DNA from: Amoebophrya sp. A120
Lineage: Eukaryota; Protista; Dinoflagellata
Reading direction: 5' to 3'
Assembly (NCBI GenBank): GCA_905178155.1
Contig: CAJINV010000006.1
Span: 2,431,208-2,446,073 of the forward strand
Length of the DNA stretch: 14,866 nucleotides
Positions within the stretch are counted from its first letter, which is position 1, and each line of letters starts with the position of its first letter. This document shows, piece after piece, positions 8,418 to 14,866 of this stretch. Under the pieces are notes generated by a model. That model was not told where the DNA came from. It worked only from the letters and a program-made list of their open reading frames with translations, and did no database searches. The translations under genes were made by a program, and so were the position numbers.

Positions 8418-11400
8418 TCACAGCCTGAAAGCCTCGCTGGCCCGTTGAAAGTAGACACCGGTGGATATCGTGAGGAAAAATCCTCCCTCCCCATATCGAA
8501 ACGGAACGCCTCAGAGAATTTGCGGTGCTGATTTGTGACCACAAAAAATCGCGTCTGTCTTGCAAGAAAGCGATGGCATGGGCTACGTCCCATTCATTGT
8601 GCAGGCGGCTTGTAATGCTGTTGGTCCTACAGCATTGACGTTCCTCATGCTAAGTGCCTAGGCAAAAACCTCTCCACATTTGCATGATATTATGGGCCTG
8701 CAATCCTCTACTGCAAGACAGACCTGATTTGTGTACGCAAAATCCAGCATCAGAAATTTCGCTTCGATGTGGGGAGGATGGATTTTCCATTTTGATAGTG
8801 GAGAGGATTTGCGTCTTGCCATCGTCGTCCTCTTCCGACTGCCAGAGGAGCTCGAAGATGCACAGCGCTTTGATGTACTTGCGGATTTTGTCGTCGCAGC
8901 CCACCACCTCCAGCGTCTTCGCGCTTTCCTTCACGATGATGCCGTGGCTGAGCAGAATGGTATGCATTGCAAATTATATGTCCGGGTCTGGAAACTTGTG
9001 ATGCAAGAAAGGGAAAAGTAGTGAACTCACTATAATGCGCTGCCAAGCATGACAAGTTTTTTCATGCCTCTCAATTGCGTACTCCGCACGAGAAACTGCG
9101 TTTTTGCATGACAGGGAGGAGGAGCTCTACTTCGCGGCCATGCAACACAGACTTCAGAGTGATACCAGACCAGCATGAGAAATGTCGCAATCTCCCAGAC
9201 CCAGACATTTTTGCATTTGATACATGGAGGGGGAACTTGATGAAATTGTTCCTGCAGGCGGTTTCCTTTTCTTGGTTTCCCGCTTCGCATCTGTTAATAC
9301 TTCCGCATTTTTCGTAGTTTCTGCTGGTGCGACTGTCGTGCTGGCACCTCCTGTTGCAGAAGTTGTTGTACCGTTTTTATCGACGTCCAATATCTTCTGG
9401 TCGGTTGTTCCAGTAGTTCCTCTTGCCGCTTTTAGTAGTCTTTTTTTCTCCACCTCGATGTACTCGTAGTTCTGAGCTGGTGCAAGGAACTTGTTGCTAA
9501 GCTCAACATCTGCGCTAGTCCTATTCACATTCACATTCTTCTTCTCACTTATTATTTTCTCTTGACCAAAAATTCCACCCCTCCTTGTGTCGTCAACTAC
9601 AGCATCCTCCTCCTGCTTCGCAAGAACTTCACTTTGATTTATTTTCCCTTGCTTAATAGCTCCGCCGTCTCTGGAACAACAAACTTCTTCGTCTGAAGAG
9701 TCGACTGCATCAAGGCCGACGAGATCATCCTCAGTGTACATCAAAGAAAAATCCCCCACGACGCCCTTCTTCCCCCAGAAAATCCCTCCGTGTTTATTTA
9801 TTCGCCTGGACAAATCGCCTGCTTTTTTCCACGCCCTAAATTTCCGGACCCGGTCCCCATTCTCCCAGACGCGCACTCGCGCGCCGACCAGCACCGTCGC
9901 CCGCGTGAGGTTGTTGTTTCGCTCGAAGTATGCATTGCAAAAATGTCCGGGTCTGGAAGAATGCCGGACTTGTCTTGCTTGTCTGGCATGACTCTTGGAT
10001 CTGTGATGCGTAAGCAGGAACGGGGCCTCCTGCCTGTCATGCAAAAACGCAGTGCAGTTTGCCATGCGGAAAACGAAGCACATGGAACGTGCAAAAACTT
10101 GTCTTGCTTGGCTGCATATTGTAGTGCGCCTATCATTCACAGACTTGCATCACAAGTTTCCAGACCCAGACAGTTTTGCATTTGATACGAAGTACTGCTG
10201 CCACTTGTCGGCAAGCACGAAAAATTTCCCAAACTTCGCCTCGGGTAAGGGTTTGGTCTTCCGCTTGCCTTTATCAAATGTAAAAATGTCTGGGTCTGGA
10301 AGAGTCATGCTGTTTTTGCATGACACGGAAGGTCTGGCATGGAAGCTCTAGCATCACAGGTTTCGACAAGCTTCCGCAATGCCGAACCCGCATGAGAAAT
10401 CCCCCATTTTGGTGACAGAAAGTCGACGGCAGCTTTTGCTACCTATGCATGAGAGATTTTTCTGTGTTCTAGAATGCGCATCACAAGTTCGGATCCTTCC
10501 AGACCCAGACATTTTTGCATTTGATAGCCCTGTTTCGGCACGAGAACTTCTGTCTTTCTTCTGTCCAAGTTGTAGTTCAAAGCCCTCGCGAGGTCGAGGG
10601 CGGGTTGGTCAGGAGGAAATACTCCTGCGGGGAGAGGACTTCTACTACAACTTTCTTGTGCGACGGTTAATATTTCATGATGATCTGGCAGCACTGGCGC
10701 AGGAGTGGTAGCTTCATCGACGCGCATTGAAGATGCAGGAGCGTGTTGTGCCTCCGGCATTTCTGTTTCATCTGGAAGTTTTACTCTTAACGCAGCAGCT
10801 TGGCTAGTAGAGTCCTGCGTGTTCTTGTAGTTCGCCACAGAATTCGGACGTGGTCGCGCTCCTGGGTTGTTCGTCGCATCTGGCCGAGGACGTCGTGTCT
10901 TCTTCCTACTACTGGTGCTGCGACGAGCAGGCGCAGTTGATGTGGTAGTAGCTCCACGCCCGATCTGTATCCCCAGTCGCTGTTCTAACCGAGTCGGGGC
11001 GAATGTAGATGAGCCCTGTGCTGGAGGTCGTCGTGGTGGTCGCTTTGATGTTGTGGTCTTCCCTTCAATTATATTTTTCCCCTGCATAATTTCTACTTGG
11101 TCAACTTCAGGATCACGATTTATTCCCGGTAGTTCTTGCGCGCTACGGCCCTCCAGCTGTTCCTCCATATCAACGTTTTCTTCGGCTGCTGGGCCTAAAA
11201 TGCTCGTCGTCGCTGCGCAAGTACTCCCAGCCGAATTTAACACATTTTTACCACGTCCATTTCGACGTCCTCCATGACTTCTCTTCTGCTCTGGCCGTTC
11301 CCCAATTTCAAAGAGCTTCAACTCCCTTGCCGCCCTGTGCCCGATCTTTTTTGCGGGTTTGAGCTGCGCGGTATTTATCTTGGAGGCCCCTTTTCCTTTC

Positions 11401-12199
11401 GCCTTGAAGGTGGTTTTAGTACTTGTGCTACCGGTCGAGGCCAGCCTTGCTCGCGCCACGGAAGCAGCAGCAGCAGCTGCTGGACCCCCGGGGTTATTTC
11501 TTATTCCCCCATTTTTCGTTCCTCGCTTCTGCCCCGCGGCGCCACTGTAGGTGGTGAGGTGGAGGTTTTTGTTTCGCACTTTGTTCAACACCTGACTTGT
11601 CGCCGGAATTTTGTGATGCTGGGCGAGCAACTGAACCCACTCCTCAGTTGCTGGCGGTTTCGGTTTTGATGTTGACGACATCGGCTTTGTTGTTTGGATT
11701 TGAGGTTCTTTGACAGCGGCCGCTGCACTTCTTGCACTAGCTGCTCCCGTTGATGTCTTGTTCTCTGTGAAGATCTTGCTAGCCGGCGGAACGACAGAGG
11801 AGGAGCTGCTGCCGGCAATTTTTGTTGGTCCTGCGAGGGAGACGGCGGGCAGCGACTTCTTAGTGCTTGTTTCCAGAACTACATCCTCCGCATGTTGACC
11901 ACTTCCCGAAGACGCCAGCCGTTTGTTTCTCGGCGGGGGCAGCAGGCGGGGCGGCAGCATCGAGGTATCCTGTGCAAAAGCATCGCACTCGTACTAATTG
12001 CAGTTATGCATGACAAATTTCCTTTCCGAGGTAAAACAGCATGACAAATTCAATTTTTCATGCTGAGAAGCTTTGTAATGCAATTTATACTAGTACGATG
12101 CTTTTGCAATGCATACGACGTTCTTGAGGCCGATGATGTCGCCGGGTTCTTCTTGGCGTTACCAGAAGGGCGGCGGTCCTGGGCGTTGTGGCCGCTCAT
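8418..12199 (-). CDS. Hypothetical protein, 832 aa, 6 exons, long low-complexity S/T/A/K/R-rich N-terminal region
   Basis: Exons 12199-12116, 11960-10527, 10266-10188, 9923-9223, 8955-8798 and 8460-8418 total 2499 nt and are open throughout (MSGHNAQDRR...KWQQYFERNNN...ILSTGVYFQRASEAFRL*). There is an in-frame TAG upstream of ATG 12199. No family recognised. Confidence 0.8.
8466..8797. mobile_element. Introner-like TIR element, type F
   Basis: tatcgtgaggaaaaatcctccctccccatatcg...cgatgtggggaggatggattttccattttgata; perfect repeat gtgga. Confidence 0.9.
8961..9222. mobile_element. Introner-like TIR element, type A
   Basis: tatgcattgcaaattatatgtccgggtctgg...ccagacccagacatttttgcatttgata; repeats aatgg/catgg. 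Confidence 0.9.
9929..10187. mobile_element. Introner-like TIR element, type A
   Basis: tatgcattgcaaaaatgtccgggtctggaa...ttccagacccagacagttttgcatttgata; perfect repeat cgaag; interior is inverted relative to 8961-9222. Confidence 0.92.
10272..10526. mobile_element. Introner-like TIR element, type A
   Basis: tatcaaatgtaaaaatgtctgggtctggaag...cttccagacccagacatttttgcatttgata; repeats gcctt/gccct. Confidence 0.92.
11966..12115. mobile_element. Introner-like TIR element, type B
   Basis: tatcctgtgcaaaagcatcg...cgatgcttttgcaatgcata; repeats cgagg/cgacg. Confidence 0.9.
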
Positions 12200-13222
12200 T
12201 ATGACATCCACATCCAGTTTAATAGATGTCTATCTGTGTAGACTAGAAGAAGATAGAAAAATAACACGCAAGGGTGGGTGGCCTCAACATTGCGGTCAGA
12301 CTACAGACTTAAGAGAAAGGGGCGCAACCGCAACTTGCAGCATAACATCGATCTTTATCCGGATTACGATTTTAGTGTTTTTGGTTTCTTACCTCGCTGT
12401 CCGGAAAAATATAATCATGTAAGTAAAGAGCAACGCCTGTCTCTGACACCGAAATAAATCTCATCTTCAACAGCGATCTACCACGAAAACTTTCTAAAAG
12501 CACTAGGTCGCTGTTGGGTCCTCGTTGGGCAAAAACATTCTGTCGCTGTCCTTGTCTTTGTCTTCGCGTCGTGAACGCATCAAATAAATTCTCCGAGTAG
12601 CACAGCCGGTCGGATGGAAGATTTTTCGACTAAGTAAGTAGCTCGTCCTTTGTCGTAGACAAGATCGTCCTTATGCCGTCGTCGATCGGTGACTTTCATC
12701 TTCATCGCTCTGTTCCTGTTGAGCTGAAATTCGTTATACCGCGGGTCGAAGTATGATCGCAAAAGGTGCAGCTCAGGGGATCTTCACTAATTGATTCTGC
12801 TGCTACATGGTCAAGAACTCGCTTGGCCCGGCTTTTGGAGGATCTTTTTGTAGTTGGAAGATCTTCGAATAGACACGACTAGCGCGGCTCGTGGGGGAAG
12901 AAGATCTTCTTCGCCTAGGTTTTTTTCCAGTAACTCGCACGTTAGTGGTCCCTAGCGCTTTATTTCCGAAGTCGTCACGAGAGCTACGACGCTTGCGGCG
13001 CGCGAAAATGATGAAAACAGAGACGAGTCGCGTAGTACGGTGTTCGTCCTGATGTTGATCTACGGCTCTCAATCTTCATCTAGTTCTCTTTTATTGTTGC
13101 ATTGCTCTTTGTCTTTCTTCTGTAATTATAGAAAATCGTCCACTGTAGTCGGAGGACACTGAAGTTCAATCCGTAGTGAAATTTTTACTCGGCTCATGAC
13201 AAGCTCCACCTTTTGCTTTTCA

Positions 13223-14866
13223 TCAAAAATCCTCCACGTCGGCCAACACGCCCATTCTTATGAAAGCGCAAAAGACCCTCCCCCTGCTTCTCCTCATTTG
13301 CAAGAATGTAAGTACTTACTTTCCTGCAGCAACACGAGCAACAGGAATCACGTTCACGCACTAGTTTTGGCATGACAAATAACCGGCAGCACACGAATTT
13401 TAGTTGTACTGCTTGGATTTCATCCGAGAGTTTTCATTTCATGCACAAAAAAGTGCCAAAAAGTAAAGAACAGTCCAGACTTGGTATTTAGTTAATTTCA
13501 CATGACAAGTAAGGGAAGAAGCAGGGGGAAATTGTGCACGAGTCTCGTATTCCCGAGAAAACTCCCCGAATCCGAGATATCAAATGCAAAAGTGTCTGGG
13601 TCTGGGAGGATGGAATTTGTGATGCGTCCTGTGGGTCACGCAAGAATCTGTGTTGCGTGATCACCAAAAGTTGTCCTTTTTTGACCAAAATGAGCTGGAG
13701 TTTCTCATGCAGGATAGGCATGATAGAGACATCGCAGAATCTGTCATGCTAGGTCCTGCATTCCAGACATCACGGGGCATGGAAAATATGCATGACAAGT
13801 TCGCATCCTTCCAGACCCAGACACTTTTGCATTTCATACGTGAATTCCTTTGTCAAATCTATTCTCCAAACGTTCCCGGGCTCCGGACAGATTATGCATT
13901 GCGAAAGTACTATCGGAGTGACACTATATATTGCATTGCAATACAAATTAGCGCAGCATGACAGATGGATTCTGTCATGCTGATTTAGCTTGGAAAAGAG
14001 ATTTGTCTTGCATGACTGCGAAGATTAGTACGAGCGCGATACTTTTGCACTGCATACGTATCGCCTTGTGCTTAAATTCCTTTCCCTCGCTCCACGGCCG
14101 CAGCGCTCCCGCTTTCGCGCCTTTCTATCAAAGTGAAAAAAGCCCCCAGCGCCCCATATTCAAAAGACAATTTGTGTTGCTGGATTTATGTAGACAGATG
14201 AGCTTTGTATTGCTGCAAGAGCTTGTCGGCATATTCTAAACCCATTTGGGTACTACGCATCCGGCTAGCAGCTGAGCATGAGAAACAAGTCTGACATATT
14301 AAGGCGAAAACGCATGACAAACTCGCTGCACAACAATGCGCCACATGGGTGCCGTTTGCCTTGTACGCAAGACAGAGCTGATCTGTGGTCACAAATCAGC
14401 ATCACAAATTTCCCTTTCCTCTATGGGGGAGGGGGGATTTTTCATTACGGTACTTTCAGCTGTTTCCCCTGGACCCAGGCGGTGCGGAACCTCTTCAGGA
14501 AAGAGTAGATGATCAGATAAACCAGAATGACGACGCACTATGCAATGCAAAAGCATCCTACCGGTGATAATTGCAGTCATCCATTACAAATCTTTTTCTT
14601 ATGGTAAATCCGCAATACAAATTATATTTCTCATGCTGGGTAAATTTGTAGTGCATTTCTACGAGTACGATACTTTATTTGCAATGCATACGCAGGTCAC
14701 CATGTCGATTATCGTTGCGATTTGGAAATCAAACCTTGCCATCCTGGTTTGCACGACGCGCGCCATCTCAAAGTCAACCGAAGAGGCAGCTCCCTCCTGC
14801 GCCGCTTCTCGGGCGATTCGGTAGGAGAAGCCCTGGCCTGTCGCGGCGATCATCAGAGAAACGACG
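13223..14866 (-). CDS. 3' part of a membrane protein (5' end outside window); last exon and stop uncertain
   Basis: Exons 14866-14691, 14533-14453, 14120-14057, 13887-13839 and 13572-13550 join in frame: VVSLMIAATGQG...FQIATIIDMVTCVVILVYLIIYSFLKRFRTAW...DSGSFLG, with one clear hydrophobic helix. The stop is at 13223 if the degenerate element 13259-13549 is removed by the usual rule, or at 13498 if it is retained. Confidence 0.6.
13259..13549. mobile_element. Degenerate introner-like element, type C-like
   Basis: Arms tatgaaag...tccccctgcttct and agaagcaggggga...gtgcacgagtctcgta, with internal catgacaa motifs (13371, 13501). The flanking repeat is poor (attct/ttccc, or attc shifted by 1 nt). 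Confidence 0.55.
13578..13838. mobile_element. Introner-like TIR element, type A
   Basis: tatcaaatgcaaaagtgtctgggtctgg...ccagacccagacacttttgcatttcata; repeats cgaga/cgtga. Confidence 0.92.
13893..14056. mobile_element. Introner-like TIR element, type B
   Basis: tatgcattgcgaaagta...tacttttgcactgcata; repeats cagat/cgtat. Confidence 0.85.
14126..14452. mobile_element. Introner-like TIR element, type F
   Basis: tatcaaagtgaaaaaagccccc...ggggggatttttcattacggta; perfect repeat ctttc. Confidence 0.88.
14539..14690. mobile_element. Introner-like TIR element, type B
   Basis: tatgcaatgcaaa...tttgcaatgcata; repeats cgcac/cgcag. Confidence 0.88.

Noticed and set aside
10867-11898. Plus-strand ORFs of 60-136 aa
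   Set aside because: They are antisense shadows of the long minus-strand exon.
12580-13072. Minus-strand ORFs 12580-12762 and 12803-13072 (similarly 7974-8365 and 438-1330)
   Set aside because: They are short, have no recognisable homology and cannot be linked in frame. They are probably UTR or intergenic sequence, though small genes cannot be excluded.
1368-14690. CRISPR-like array or repeated protein domain (LPDPDIF, FQTQT, MSGSG peptides in the ORF track)
   Set aside because: These peptides are translations of the type A TIR. The repeats are inverted pairs with irregular spacing, and no cas genes are present.
1368-14690. Transposase, maturase or self-splicing group I/II intron
   Set aside because: The elements are short, carry no credible ORF and show no recognisable catalytic intron core. 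Any mobilising enzyme must be encoded elsewhere.

Overview
Eukaryotic, gene-dense genomic DNA with four genes, all on the minus strand. They are: the 5' exon of a probable secreted protein (319-191), a complete PDK/BCKDK-family mitochondrial kinase (7736-1336, 17 exons, 732 aa), an 832-aa hypothetical protein (12199-8418, 6 exons), and the 3' part of a membrane protein (>14866 to about 13223). About 44% of the window consists of 27 short (mostly 145-330 bp) non-autonomous MITE-like elements of roughly six types. They share TA(T)...(A)TA ends, imperfect terminal inverted repeats (TIRs), 5-bp flanking direct repeats and an internal GCAT[GCT]ACA motif. Twenty-six interrupt coding sequence and one is nested inside another. 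For 25 of the 26, removing the element plus one 5-bp repeat restores the reading frame (the most decayed one is ambiguous), almost always without GT-AG ends and in either orientation. They therefore behave as non-canonical 'introner' introns (or, less likely, DNA-excised IES-like segments). This resembles the inverted/direct-repeat non-canonical introns reported in the parasitic dinoflagellate Amoebophrya; the taxon is an inference. One duplication next to an N (2241-2504) looks like an assembly artefact.
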